Positions 1-12,470 of a DNA stretch of 64,000 bases are shown piece by piece; within the stretch, counting starts at the first letter, position 1, and the number at the start of each line of letters is the position of its first letter. Source of the stretch: Octopus sinensis (lineage: Eukaryota); the NCBI RefSeq assembly GCF_006345805.1, contig NC_042998.1, positions 54,374,001 to 54,438,000 of the forward strand, written 5' to 3'. The notes beneath the pieces are model-generated. The model had not been told where the DNA came from, made no database searches, and saw only the letters and a program-made list of their open reading frames with translations. Made by a program: the position numbers and the translations under genes.

Positions 1-31
1 ATGCATGTTTAAATTTTAATCAATAATAAAA

Positions 32-332
32 GGCACCTGTGCTGGTGACACATAAATAGCACCTTTGCTAGTGACACGTTTAAGTCACCTGCACCTTTGT
101 GCAGGTGACTTAAACATGTCACAAGCACCTTTGTTCAGGTGACACATAGAAGGCAACCATGCCAGTGAAACATAAGAGGCACCCATGCTGGTGACACATA
201 GAAAGCACCCAGTACACTCTGTAGACTGGTTGGCATCAGGAAGAGCATCAAGCTTCAGAAACCAAGCCAAAACAAATGACCAGAGCCTGGTGCAGCTCTC
301 AAGCTTACCAGCTCCGGCCAAACCATTTGATG
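32..332 (+). mobile_element. Degraded copy of the RTE 3'-UTR-derived short element (ggtgacacataaaagcacc subrepeats plus shared tail)
   Basis: Repeated gctggtgacacata..gcacc units are followed by tggttggcatcaggaagagcatc, homologous to the 3' end of the RTE at 42960-43140. Confidence 0.7.
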
Positions 333-334
333 AT

Positions 335-2350
335 AAACCAGTCAATCACAATGGAGATGCAGCATGATTAAAGAAAGTGAGAGAAGAAGTAGTGAGTGAG
401 TGAATGAGTGAGTGAGAAGCAGCCAGATTTAAGATTAACTAGTGCATTCATGAGTAAAGCGTTAGGGAAAATGGAAGATTGGAAGGGTCCAGTATCAGAT
501 TTAGCTCAAGGGTACTGGCTAACGAAATTCAGTAGGTTACATAGGAGGATGAGGCAACAACTTTAGGATTGCCTTAATGGAAGAATAATACCAGACGGGA
601 TGATTAGAGGGAGGATAATACTCATTATGAAGGATAAGAGCAAGGGTAGTACAGCTAGCAACTATAGACCAATCACTTGCTTACCATTAGTGTAGTAACT
701 GTTAACAGGAATGCTTTCAGAAAGCATTTACGAGCACCATGACAATCAGAATTTATTACCAGAAGAACAGAAAGGTTGCAGGAAGAAGGCTAGAGGAACA
801 TATGATCTGTTATATATAGACAAAGCAGTTCTAAATGAAGTAAAAGCTAGAAAGAAAAATCTAACAATAGCATGGATAGATAATAGGAAAGCCTATGACA
901 TGATCCCACACTCATGGATAAGTGAATGTTTGAGTATATTCAGTATAGCAGACAACATAAGAGAACTAATTAGCTCTAGCATGAAAAAATGGAAAGTAGA
1001 TCTATACTCAGGTGGCACATTTTTAGGGAAATTTAATATCAAAACAGGAATTTTCCCAGGGGGGATTCGCTGTCCCCTGTAATATTTGTTCTTTGTTTGA
1101 TCCCCCTCTGTTTAGTATTAAGGAAGGCAAGGGCGGGACATCATTTCAGAAATAGTCATGGAAAATTTAACCATTTGCTCTACATGGATGATCTGAAGCT
1201 TTTTAGTAAAAATGAAAATGAGATAGATTCCTTAATGTAAACTGTAAGACTCTTCAGCAAAGATATAGGCGTTGAATTTGGCATAGATAAGTGTGCAATA
1301 TTAGTCATGAGAAGGGGACAGGTAGTCAACAGTGAAGGTATCAAATTACCAGATGGCCAGATATTAAAATCATTGAAAGGAGGAGAGAGTTATAAGTATT
1401 TAGGAGTATTAGAATCTAACAGAGTACTAACTACAGCAATGAAAGCAAAAATTGAGGAGTACATCAGAAGGGTACGCAAGCTAATGAAGTCAAAGCTAAA
1501 TGGTTCGAATTTAGTGAAGGCTGTAAATATTTGGGCAGTATCATTACTTAGATACTCAGCAAGTTTTGTAGATTGGACAAAAACTGAATTAGCAAAGCTA
1601 TACAGAAGAACTAGGAAAGAATTCAATATGAATGGAGGACCCCACCCAAGGGCAGGAGTAGCAAGATTATACCTACATAAAAAGGAAGGTGGAAGAGGGT
1701 TAATATCACTGGAAAACCGCGTGGAGTTAGCTAGAGTAGATATAGAGTCCTATGTAACTAATAGTGAAGAAAGTTTATTAAAAGCTGCTAGAGTCAGAGC
1801 AAAGCACAGGGAAACCAAAACACCAAACGAACTTAAAAACCAGATAAAAGAACAGAAAATATCTGACTGGCATGAGAAGGCGTTGCATGGTAGATTCCCA
1901 AAGATAGTTTCAGCAAATAGTAGTAGTGCAGATGGGAGAGCTGAAGAGGGAAACAGAAAGTTTGTTAGTAGCTGCACAAGATCAAGCATTAAGGACTAAT
2001 TGGATAAAAGCCAAAATAGACAAAAACCAAGTAGATTTCCCAATGTAGATTGTGCAAATCAAAAGAGGAAAGCGTTACTCATATAGTAGGTGAATGTAGC
2101 ATGCTGGCACAAAAAGAATACAAGAAAAGACATGACAATCTGGGGAGAGTAATCCACAAGGAGCTAGGATTTGAACATACTGATAAATGGTATGAATATG
2201 AACCTAGTAAAGTACTAGAAAGTAAGAAGTACAAGATGTGGGACTTTAACAGAGTAATAGAAGCTAGAAGGCCTGATTTGGGAGTAGTAGATAAAGAGAA
2301 TAGAAAGTGCCAGATAATTGACTGTACAGTCCCAAATGATGAAAAACATA
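335..2350 (+). mobile_element. Decayed R4/Dong-clade (restriction-like endonuclease) non-LTR retrotransposon: RT, CCHC knuckle and RLE fragment
   Basis: Frameshifted ORFs contain NYRPITCLP, QKGCRKKARGTYDLLYID, AWIDNRKAYDMIPHSW, LYMDDLKL (1176-1200), YKYLGVLE, LYLHKKEGGRGL, CRLCKSKEESVTHIVGEC (CCHC), KKRHD and RRPDLGVVD...IIDCTVP (PD-(D/E)xK-like). A C-terminal endonuclease is diagnostic of R2/R4-type LINEs. Confidence 0.85.
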
Positions 2351-2448
2351 AATAAGACGCAAACATAAATACACATATATATATGTATGTATGTATATAT
2401 GTATGTATGTATGTACGTACATACACACACACACACACATATATATAT

Positions 2449-3523
2449 CCACCAGGGCTGATGGTGGATTGTTCAATCTTGCATGCCTCAGAGCTAAGAC
2501 CAAAGTCCGTCAGGTGCTGATCAGAGAGATCCTCTTTGCTGACGATGCCGCCCTAACATCACACAACCAGCCGGGTCTCCAGAGGCTGGTCAGCACCCTG
2601 GCGGATGCCTGCCAAGAGTTCGGCCTTACCATCGGCCTGAAAAAGACAGAGATCATGGGCCAGGACGTCGGAGGGGTCCCCAGCATCAGTGTCGGCGACC
2701 ACAGCTTGCAGGTGGTGAACGAGTTCACTTACCTGGGATCGACGGTCTCCAGCAGCCTGTCCCTCGAGCCGGAGCTGAACAGACGGATTGGGAAGGCTGC
2801 TGCTGCCATGGCTAAGCTCTCCAGGAGAGTGTGGGAAAACAACATGCTCACAATAACCACCAAGATCGCAGTGTACCGAGCCTGCGTGCTGAGCACCCTA
2901 CTCTACAGCAGCGAGAGCTGGACAACATACACCCGACAAGAATGCCGCCTCAGCGGCTTCCACATGCGGTGTCTTTGACGGATCACTGGCATCTCCTGGA
3001 AGGACCGAGTACCAAACGGAGTCATCCTAGAACAGACTAATATGCCAAGCATGCATGCCCTCCTCGTGCGGAGATGACTGCGCTGGCTCGGACACGTCTG
3101 CCGCATGCAGGACGGTCGCATGCCTAAAGACATCCTGTACAGCGAACTCACCACGGGATCCCGACCCAAGGGACGTCCACAGCTACGATACAGGGATGTG
3201 CGCAAGCGCGACCTGAGGACTGCCAACATCTGTGTGGACACGTGGGAGGTAACAACTGCTGACTGCTCTGCCTGGCATCGGACAGTGAGGAAAGGCGTTT
3301 CCATGGCTGAGGAAAGGAGAGCACAGCTGTGGTTGGACAGGCGGGACAGGAGGAGGACAACTGCAGCAACACCCCACACGTGCCCATCGATGTTCGTGTG
3401 CAGCAACTGTACCAGGGACTGCCACTCTAGAATTGGACTGTTCAGTCACAGCAGACGCTGCTCATCATCAAAGTAGGCCCCACCCTTGGCGCGACCCATT
3501 GTCTATCAAGACAGACGGGGGAA
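2449..3523 (+). mobile_element. 5'-truncated RTE-BovB-like LINE (RT C-terminal half, terminal Zn-finger, 3' UTR)
   Basis: TRADGGLFNL..LRAKTKVRQVLIREILFADDAAL, FTYLGS, RRIGKAAAAM, LRWLGHVCRMQDGRMPKDILYSEL and FVCSNCTRDCHSRIGLFSHSRRC lie in one frame interrupted only by two TGA stops (2976, 3075). The element is GC-rich and flanked by (TA)/(GA) microsatellites. Confidence 0.9.
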
Positions 3524-4502
3524 GAGAGAGAGATATATATACACACACACAATGAGCTTTTAGTTTCCATCTACCAAATCCACTCACAATGCTTTGTTTA
3601 GTTCAGAGCTATAGCAAAAAGGCATTTGTCCATGGTACTACACAGTGGAACTGAACGCAGAACCATGTGGTTAGGAAGTAAACTTCTAACTGCACAGCCA
3701 CCTAAATAAATTTAAATTAAATTTGAAGTGAGAATAAAAAAAAAAGCAGCAATGCATCCAAATTTATTTAATGTTCTAGCAGAATAAGCAAGCTACAGCA
3801 CCTTAATTTCATTTGCATAAATGAAATGATAACAAAATTAGACTATTTTAATCCTCTTCTCATGTGTTTTAGTTATAAATATATTAATTCCATTAAGCAA
3901 AATAATTAAAACAAATTCATGCAAATCATATATTCTTAATTGCTTATTATTCTTGTCAACCTGTCATGTCTAAAGTTCAATTTAAATGAAAATTTGAATA
4001 GGCAATATATTCAATGTATTCAAAATGTATGAAAATTTGTCCTTATCAAACACGGTTTGAATAATTTTAAAATTTGAAAATGAAAGATACTTTCCATGCA
4101 AAATTTAATGCAGAAATATATACACTTATAGCAGCCTGTTCCCCAATAACAGTGAGAATTATTCCAGACACATACTGACATACATTCCAAAGAACTATAA
4201 CAGCAAAATGAATCCTAATTTGTTTAATATGAACAGATATGCAAATAAACGTGCAAAGTTTGTATGTGTGGTTATGTGTCCAAATGTCTAAATTTGTTTT
4301 TTAACTTGCAAAATTAATTATACATTCATATATATTACAAACCATAAAGCTAACAATAGCTAAATAAATGCCATTAGTTTAATAGAACTCAAATGTATAA
4401 CAGATAATAAATTCCAATGCATAAATTGGTTATGGTATTCTCTGGCTGAAGTTAAATGTAATGGTAAGTTTTGATAAAATCTACATATATAAAAAGTACA
4501 GA

Positions 4503-4902
4503 CATAGGTGTAGCCACTTAGTAAGAAGCTTGCTTCTGAGAAAAGTCTTAGGGCAAGTTTCTTCTACTATAGCCATGAGCCAACAAAGATCTTGTGAGTG
4601 GATTTGGCAGACAGAAACTGAAAGTTGTCCATCACACAAATACACACATGAACATGCGGACACACACACAAGTACATATCTATGTGTGTATCTTAGTGTT
4701 TGTCTCCCACATCCACTTGAGAAACGATGTTGGTTTGTTCACATCCCTGTAATCAAGCAGTTTGATAAAAAGAGACCGATAGAAAAAGTATCAGGAATGA
4801 GAAATAGAGTACTGGGTGTCAAACTTATCACTAAACCTTTCAAGGTGGTGCCTTCACACGGCCACAGTCCAATGACTGAAGCAAGTAAAAGTTAAACAAT
4901 AA

Positions 4903-4905
<3 letters not shown>
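4503..4905 (+). mobile_element. SINE family A copy (tRNA-like head, CORE-like accttgggcaagt box, internal microsatellite, gtaaaagag tail)
   Basis: Homologous to many other copies in the window: gtgagtggatttggcagacagaaactgaaag...gactgaagcaagtaaaag. Confidence 0.75.
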
Positions 4906-4937
<32 letters not shown>

Positions 4938-5099
4938 AAGTTGCATGCCACGGTTTTGCACCACCTATGAAGTTGAAAATCTGTTTAGGGAAACATCATT
5001 TCAACAAGCTCAAAGACAATATCATTTTGTTGTCATACTTTCAAGAAAGGGAAATGGATTTTCAAGAATGATTAATTAGTTATCATGAAAAGAAATTTT

Positions 5100-5435
5100 G
5101 TTCGTAATGAGTGATGTATATTTTCCACACAGAGGCAAAGTGGCTGAGGCAGTGACTGAGACCTTTGGTATTATGTTGTGCTTGAGAAGACTCATCAAGC
5201 CAAGCAAAATCATAGTCATGGCAGATATCAGTGTCATGCAAATGGAACCCTTGCCTGTGGCATGTAAAAGCACCCATAACACTCTTGGAGTGGTTGACAT
5301 TAAGAATGACATCCAGCTGTAGAAAACCATGCCAAATCAGACTGGAGTCTGGTGCAGCCTTCCAGCTTAACAGCTCTGGTCAAACCGTCCAATCCATGCC
5401 AGCATAGACAACAGCTGTTGAATGATGATGATGAT
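5100..5435 (+). mobile_element. Short element ending in the RTE-shared tail plus (GAT)n
   Basis: cacccataacactcttggagtggttg...ccatgccagcatagacaacagctgttgaatgatgatgatg. Confidence 0.75.
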
Positions 5436-5525
5436 GAAAAATATACTTTGGAAATAAAAAATCTTAAAAGGCGGTGCTCCAGCATGACTGCAGTCAAATG
5501 ACTGAAACAAGTAAAAGAGTAGATG

Positions 5526-5886
5526 CAGGTACAGGTATAGCTGTGTGGCTTGCTTCCCAACCACATGGTTCTGGGTTCAGTCCCACTGTGTGGCACCTTG
5601 GACAAGTGTCTTCTACAATAGCCTCAAGCCTTGCGAGTGGATTCGGTAGACAGAAACAGCAAGCAGCCCATCGTATGTATATATGTGTGTGTGTTTGTCC
5701 TCCACCTCCATTGCTTGACAATCGATGCTGATGCGTTAATGTTCCCATAACTTAGCAGTTTAGCAAAAAGACTCGATAGAATAAGTACTAGGCTAACAAA
5801 AAATGGGGTCAACTTCTTCGACTTAAACCCTTTAAGGTGGTGTTCCAGCATGGCTGCAGTCAAGTGACCAAAACAAGTAAAAGAAA
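5526..5886 (+). mobile_element. SINE family A copy
   Basis: ccacatggttctgggttcagtcccactgtgtggcaccttggacaagtgtcttct...gaccaaaacaagtaaaag. Confidence 0.8.
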
Positions 5887-6574
5887 TATTTTCATTCATT
5901 AATGAACTAGCAGCAATACTCAGTGATGTCCAAGCACTGTACTGCTGTAACACTATATACTAAGCTGCTGGTGTCACATAAAAAGTACCTGTGCTGGAGC
6001 CACATACAAGGCACTTATGGCAGCACCATGTAAAGACACCCAGAACACTATAAAGTGAATGGCATTGGGAAGAGCATGTAGCCATGGAAAACTTGTCAAA
6101 ACAGACAACTGGGACCTGGAGCAGCCCTTTGGATTGCCAGCCAGTTCCAGTCAAACTATCAAACTCAAGCCAGCGTAGAAAATGGGACATTGAATGAAGA
6201 TGACGACGATGACGACAATGATGATGATGATGGTGTGTGTGTGTGTGTGGTGTGTGTGTGTGTGTGTGTGAGTGTATGTGTGTGCATATATCTATGCATA
6301 TCTTTGTCACACACCACCACTTGGCAACTATTGATGGTCTGTTTACATCCCTGTACCTTAGAAGTTTGGCAAAAGAGACTGATCGAATAAGTACTAGGCT
6401 TAAAAATAAACACTGGGGTCAGTTTGCTCAACTAAACCCTTAAAGCAGTGCCCCTGCACGGTTGCAGTCAAATGACTACAACACAAAATATAAAAGATAG
6501 ATGTGTATATCAATGTACATTGTATGTTTGTACGTATGTATATATGTAGGTAAGTAGGTAGATAGGTAAGTGGG

Positions 6575-6900
6575 TACATCATCATCATCATCATTTAACG
6601 TCCATTGTTCATGCTGGCATGGATTTGATGAGGGCTGGTAAGATGGAAGGCTGCATCAGACCCCAGTCTGATCTGGCAGTGTTTCTACAGCTGGATGCTC
6701 TTCCTAACACCAACCACTCCAAGAGTGTAATGGGTGCTTTTCCGTGCCACTGGCATGGGAGCCATTTGCATGACACCTGTATCTGAGATGACTGCAATTT
6801 TGCTTGGCTTGATGGGTCCTCTTCTCAAGCAAGGCATAAAGCCAAAGGTCTCAATCATTGCCTCTGCGAGGCTCAACACTTGAAAGGTGCTCAGCTACTT
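6575..6900 (-). mobile_element. Short element with RTE-shared tail, minus strand
   Basis: catcatcatttaacgtcc...catgctggcatgg...gatctggcagtgtttctacagctggatgc is the reverse complement of the RTE 3' end. Confidence 0.8.
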
Positions 6901-7762
6901 TGCTTCCATAAGGCCCAATGCTTGAAAGGAACTTGGCCAGATAGATAGATAGAAAGTTTGAGAGACAGACACAAATACGTACTTAGATAAAAAAAATTTA
7001 CACTAAAGTACTTCAGTGTTACTGTGAATGATTCTAAACAGACATCTATGTAATCTTTCTAAATATTCACTAATTAACTAATAACAGAAAAAATATTGTT
7101 TGAGAAACTGGCATAATTTCAGGCAAAGTGTTTTGACAATAATGAAGATCAACAATAGATTAATTAAAGAGTAATAGAGAAGAGTTTCTGGGGGTGAAAT
7201 CCACATGACACTTCAGAGAATTTAATGAATTATGAAGTCTGTTAATGTTGTATCTTGCTGAAAGGAACAGCTCTTAATAAGAAGAAATAAATCAAGTAGG
7301 AGTACACAAAACTTTATAAGCAACACAGAAATTTATAAAAGTGAGTGAAGAAGCTCTCGCAGCAAGAACACATTCTTGCTTTTTATGGCATATGCTTGGA
7401 ATAGTCCATTGTTTGGGATAACTCATATTTTTATATTAGTTTTGACTTTCAGAGCAACAGTAGCAAGGAAAGTTCAATGAAAACACAGTCACAGTTCAAA
7501 TTCATATGACAAGACCAACATGTTACTTGTTTCAGTCATTTGACTGCAGCCATGCTGGGGCACTCACCACCTTGAACTTTTGTTTTTTAGTCGAATGAAA
7601 TGGCCCCAATACTTATTTATTTATTTTTTTAAGCCTGGTACTTATTCTATCAGCCTCTTTGCCAAAATGCTAAGTTACAGAGATGTAAACACACCAACAC
7701 TAGTTGTCAAGTGGCAGTGGGGCACACATACATACACACACACACATTAACAATATATATAT

Positions 7763-8096
7763 GAAGGCGCATGGCTCAGTGGTTAGAGCGTCGATCTTAC
7801 AATCATGAGATTATGAGTTCGAATCCCGGACCAGGCTGCATGCTGTGTTCTTGATTAAGACACTTTATTTCACATTGCTCCAGTTCACTCAACTGAAGAA
7901 ATGAGTTATGTCATTACTGGTGCCAAACTGTATTGGCCTTTGCTTTTCCCTTGGATAACACTGGTGGCGTAGAGAGGGGAGGCCGGTATGCACGGGCGAC
8001 AGCTGGTCTTCCATAAACAACCGTGCCCAGACTTGTGCCTGGGATGGTAACTTTCTAGGTGCAACCCCATGGTCAGTCATGATCGAAGGGGGTCTC
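7763..8096 (+). mobile_element. tRNA-derived SINE family D, well preserved
   Basis: A box TGGCTCAGTGG and B box GTTCGAATCC; 3' end gatcgaagggggtctc. Paralogs lie at 23680-24016 and 30604-30941. Confidence 0.85.
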
Positions 8097-8112
8097 AGCA
8101 TATATATATGTG

Positions 8113-8461
8113 TATATATATATATATAAAGTTGAAGTTGTCTGTGTATGGCAGGTTTGGTAGCCTTCAACTAACACAACACTATCTCCTCCGAGACCCT
8201 GCGGCGCAAGTTGACCAAAATTGAGAGTATGATAGAAGAAGGCTAACTCTTCCTTCCGTAGAAGAAAAATTTCAAATCAGACCATGTTAACACCATAATT
8301 TATTTTTTGACTGCTGTGTCACCATTTTTCAGTGTATTTCAACCAGAAAGATGTTTACTTAAAGAGAATAACAAGCTACATAATGCAAAATTTTTACTTT
8401 TCAAAAATTTCAATTCTAAAGGGTTGAAACAAACCCGAGCAACGCTGGGCAATACTGCTAG
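8113..8461 (+). mobile_element. Non-autonomous Helitron-like element
   Basis: 5' (TA)nAAA start; 3' hairpin CCCGAGCAACGCTGGG followed by ...CTAG|T. The last 34 bp match 45332-45365 with 2 mismatches. Confidence 0.7.
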
Positions 8462-10027
8462 TATTTATATATATATATATAGACACACACACACACACAC
8501 ATACATACATACACATAAATATCATTAAGTATATATATTAAATCAGTTTTACTCTCATCACTGTTTGTTGGAAGTAACAATAAAAGAAAAGAAATTCAGT
8601 TACATTTTAGTTATTAGAGAATCTATAAGTAGAACGGGAGCATGTTTTTATGATTTATTAATACTGATTATTTGTGCTGTTTCTTTGCCATTGTTCAGAA
8701 TGATGTGATCTTTGAGCAGTAAACAATCTAGTTGTTCATTGGGCTTCTATCATTTTGACATTTACTACCTGCTTGCTCTCTCTCTTTAGAAACTAATTAT
8801 ATCTGCATAGGTGAAGTTTAGGTTTAAATAACCTTATTTTGAGTAGCATCACACACACACACATGCACACACAGTATTGTTTTTCTATTCTCAATACCGT
8901 GGCATGACTTAGAAACAGTAACCAGTGAAGCTTGTATAATAGAAATCCCACTCCCTCCAAGACCCTTCAACTGTTATTAACATTTTGTCCTGACAGTACT
9001 AAAACTCCTTCTGACAAGTCATAAAATTCCAAAATGTCATAAATAACGCTCTATCATAAAGATCAATATCACACATTGATGGCTGGATGATCCGCTGAAC
9101 TCTAGATATCCACTGTCACTTGCTTTAATTAAACGGCAACGTTCGTTTTGATTGATTTTCCTACATATTTTAAAGCATATTTCCAATGCATCATTCTTCT
9201 CATAAAATACCTCTGCAAAATGCAAAGAATGGCTGATAATTTGGTAGAGTAATAGACATGCCAAAAGTGTATGGTATGGGAAGTGTCAAGACCGGTCTTC
9301 AGCAACTGTACCTTAAACAATGTGAAATGAAATAACAGCAGAATTAGTTCACAAAATCAATGAATACAGAAACAGAGCCAGCTGGAGTGTTATATCAGTT
9401 TCGCACATTCTTTCTTACATTCTCTGAAGTCATAACACTCAGATGTTTTCATAAAAATGCAGTTTCTGAAACTGAAAATAAAATAAAATAAAATCTTCCT
9501 TTCACAATAAGTAAATGAATAAACTTTAATACATTTTTGCTTTCTTTTTTTTTTGTTTAATTTTCACATGGAATTTATTTATTTTCTTCTATTTTTTTTT
9601 TTTTTTTTCCTTTTATTCGAAAGTTTCATTTCAAAAGATAACAACCTACAATCTCATGCAGAGATTTCCCATAAGGAAAAGTTCTTTGATAAAATCTAAC
9701 ATTACAATTTTAAACAAATAGGCCCACTCGTGAGAAAGAAATTCAATAATCTGGTCCAATATAATAATTTGATAGAAAAAGGAAGCTGATAAAATTGGGG
9801 AAATAGAATAAATAATGGGAATAAAAGGATTTTTATATTCTAAAGTAATGTTAAAAGCGGCTCCTTTTCTCTAAAAATATATATACAGTATAACACAATA
9901 TCTCTTAATTCCAGTAATGTTTCAGACATCAATATTATTCCACCTTACAAAGTGGGGCTTTGAAAAAGATCCTGTGCAATTGATTTTATACAGAAGTATA
10001 TAAAATGAATATTTTTAAGTATACCCT

Positions 10028-10403
10028 TTACTCTTTTACTTGTTTCAGTCATTTGATTGCGACCATGCTGGAGCGCCACCTTTAGTCGAGCAAATTGACC
10101 CCAGAGCTCATTCTTTGTAAGCCTAGTACTTATTCTATCAGTCTCTTTTGCCAAACTGCTAAGTTATGGGAACCTAAACACACCAGCATCGGTTGTCAAG
10201 CTACATTGTGGGGGACAAACACAGATACACAAAGATATATAGACACATACATATACATATATACACATGTACGACAGGCTTCTTCCAGTTTCCATCTACC
10301 AAATCCACTCACAAGGCTTTAGTTGGTCCGAGGTTATAGTAGAAGACACTTGCCCAAGTTGCCACGCAGTGGAACTGAACCCAGGATCATGTGGTTGGTA
10401 AGC
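10028..10403 (-). mobile_element. SINE family A copy, head truncated at (TA)n
   Basis: ctcttttacttgtttcagtcatttg...gccacgcagtggaactgaacccaggatcatgtggttggtaagc. Confidence 0.8.
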
Positions 10404-10407
10404 ATAT

Positions 10408-10443
<36 letters not shown>

Positions 10444-10876
10444 CATACACACACATGGTTCCAAAATGAACTTTTTGACTGCACAGCTATGTGTGCATGC
10501 CTGTCTGTGTGGTCAAAAAGGTCTGTTTTGCAAACCATGTGGTTTTGGGTTTGGTCCCACAATGTGACACCTTCAGCAAACCTCTTTAACTACAGCCTTA
10601 ATGCTTGTGAGGGGAAATTTAACAAACAGAAACTGCATGGAAACCTGCATGTGTGTATGTATATCTATGTACGTGCGTGTATGCGCCCCCGCCCCCAACA
10701 TAGTGGTTCACCAAAGAGATTCATAGAAGAGTTACCAGGTTTCAATACAAATACTGGGATCAATATAATTGAGTGAACCAGTGTTTCTCAACTATTTTTT
10801 TGTCTCTGGACCCCTTTGATTGCTATTTTCCTCTAGTGAGCCTTCATACTCATTAAATGTTTAAAAAAAAACTCAT

Positions 10877-11254
10877 CTCTTTTACTCTTATACTTGTTTC
10901 AGTCATTTGACTGTGGCCATGCTGGAGCACCATCTTTAGTCGAGCAAATCGACGCCAGGACTTATTCTTCATAAGCCTAGTACTTATTCTATCGGTCTCT
11001 TTTTTTGCTGAACTGCTAAGTTACGGGGATGCAAACACACCAGCATTGGTTGACAAGCTGTGTTGGGGGGACAAACACAGACACACACACATATATATAT
11101 ATAGATATAGATATATACATATATACGACGGGCTTCTTCCAGTTTCCGTCTACCAAATCCACGCACAAGACTTTGGTTGGCCCGAGGCTATAGTAGAAGA
11201 CACTTACCATGTGGTTGGTAAGCAAGCTACTTACCACACAGCCACTCCTGCGCC
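10877..11254 (-). mobile_element. SINE family A, near full-length
   Basis: Both the tail ctcttttactc and the head ccacacagccactcctgcgcc are present, with an internal deletion. Confidence 0.85.
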
Positions 11255-11615
11255 TATTATATTTTCATAAGTAAATATTATTAGGAAGTGTATAAAAAAT
11301 TGTTATAGTAGAAATAGAACCAATTTATTGCACATTAACAACAAAATTTTGTATGGACCCCACTACTAACCCCAATGGTCGTGTGGATGCCAGTTGAGAA
11401 CCACTGGACTAAACCTTTAAAAAGCCTAAAATAATAATAGATTTTAGGGATTGAATAAATCATGAATTATCTTTTAGCTTCAAGATTTCAGTGATGAAAA
11501 TTTTATTTTTTTAAATATTGTGGAGAAAGTGTGAGGGGCCAGATTTGGCCAGTTTAAACATAAAGCAAGTAGAATACTTTGACTGGATACAACTGGTTTA
11601 AATACTAAAGGCTAA

Positions 11616-11880
11616 TCTCTATATATATAAAACTGAGAATGTGTGTCTGTCTGTGTGCTTCCCTAAAACTTGAGAACTACACAACCAATTTCATTCAAAT
11701 TTTATACATGCCTTACTTAGCGTCCGGGGAGTGTCATCAGCAAAAAAAATGTTCAACTTCTTGCCTAGAGCGAGCCCATAGCAATATCATATCTTCTCCA
11801 CTATTTCAGTATTATGTGTTAAAAGTGAAACAAAACCATTTCTCTATTTTATGTCAGATGCTTTCACTTTAACAATAAAA
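11616..11880 (+). mobile_element. Helitron-like 5' end fragment
   Basis: A|TCTCTATATATATAAAACTG start closely resembles the start of the complete Helitron at 44848. It is followed by gtgtgtctgtctgtg and a ccaatttcattcaaatttt motif. No 3' hairpin was found. Confidence 0.55.
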
Positions 11881-12049
11881 ATAATAATAACAATTGAATT
11901 ATATGTAGTAAGTAATAATTAAAATCAAACTAAAGTATAATATAATCGTAACATAACAAAAGTAAAAATAGCAATTGGTATAAAATTGCATCAATGACTT
12001 GAACTTAAATAAATGGTTTCACATGAATGGGAATAAATCAAAAATAAAA

Positions 12050-12470
12050 TTAATGTGCAGAAATGGAATAGTCCATTAAATTAAAGAAAAGATTATTGTC
12101 TAAGGTATACAATGTAGAGAAAAACAAAAGATTTGAACACCTGAAGGAAAGCACCATTGAAAAGTGTCTTGGTGCGACTATGAAAGATATCAAGTATCTA
12201 AACAGAGGCAGTAAATTCGCCACAATAGAAGCAAGGTTCGAGTCAACAGAGCGTGCAAGGGAGTACTCGACTCGAACCTTGCAAAGTGGAAATATTTTAT
12301 TTTTACCTTTATATTTGGGACGTAGGATGTTCCGGAAAAAAAAATTTAAAATGTCCACCCAGAAGTAGAGGTAGGCTGGATTGTAGCCACACTTCTATAC
12401 AAGAGGGAGGACAAGATCCAATCGATCGAAATTGCAAGAGACGGGCCTACAATTCCAGTCTGTTATATAT
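12050..12470 (+). mobile_element. Decayed LINE ORF1 (gag-like/RRM-type) fragment
   Basis: ORF 12096-12368 ...TLQSGNILFLPLYLGRRMFR continues after a frameshift in an A-run as NVHPEVEVGWIVATLLYK. This resembles the LxPxYxGRRxxRIxIxNVP pattern of L1/Tx1-like ORF1 proteins, recognised from memory only. Confidence 0.45.

Noticed and set aside
7150-7210. Minus-strand ISPPE peptide resembling the next expected KATNIP exon
   Set aside because: There is an in-frame stop just upstream, no acceptor, and the following residues do not match GFLIRKGPG.
7763-7835. Possible tRNA gene (also 17650-17720, 23680-23750, 55655-55730)
   Set aside because: A and B boxes are present, but the sequence continues into a shared SINE body and tail and the acceptor stem is not intact. 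These are SINE heads.
9037-9320. Two overlapping minus-strand ORFs (75 and 63 aa) in non-repetitive sequence
   Set aside because: No recognisable motif or convincing splice sites; possibly an unrecognised TE relic.
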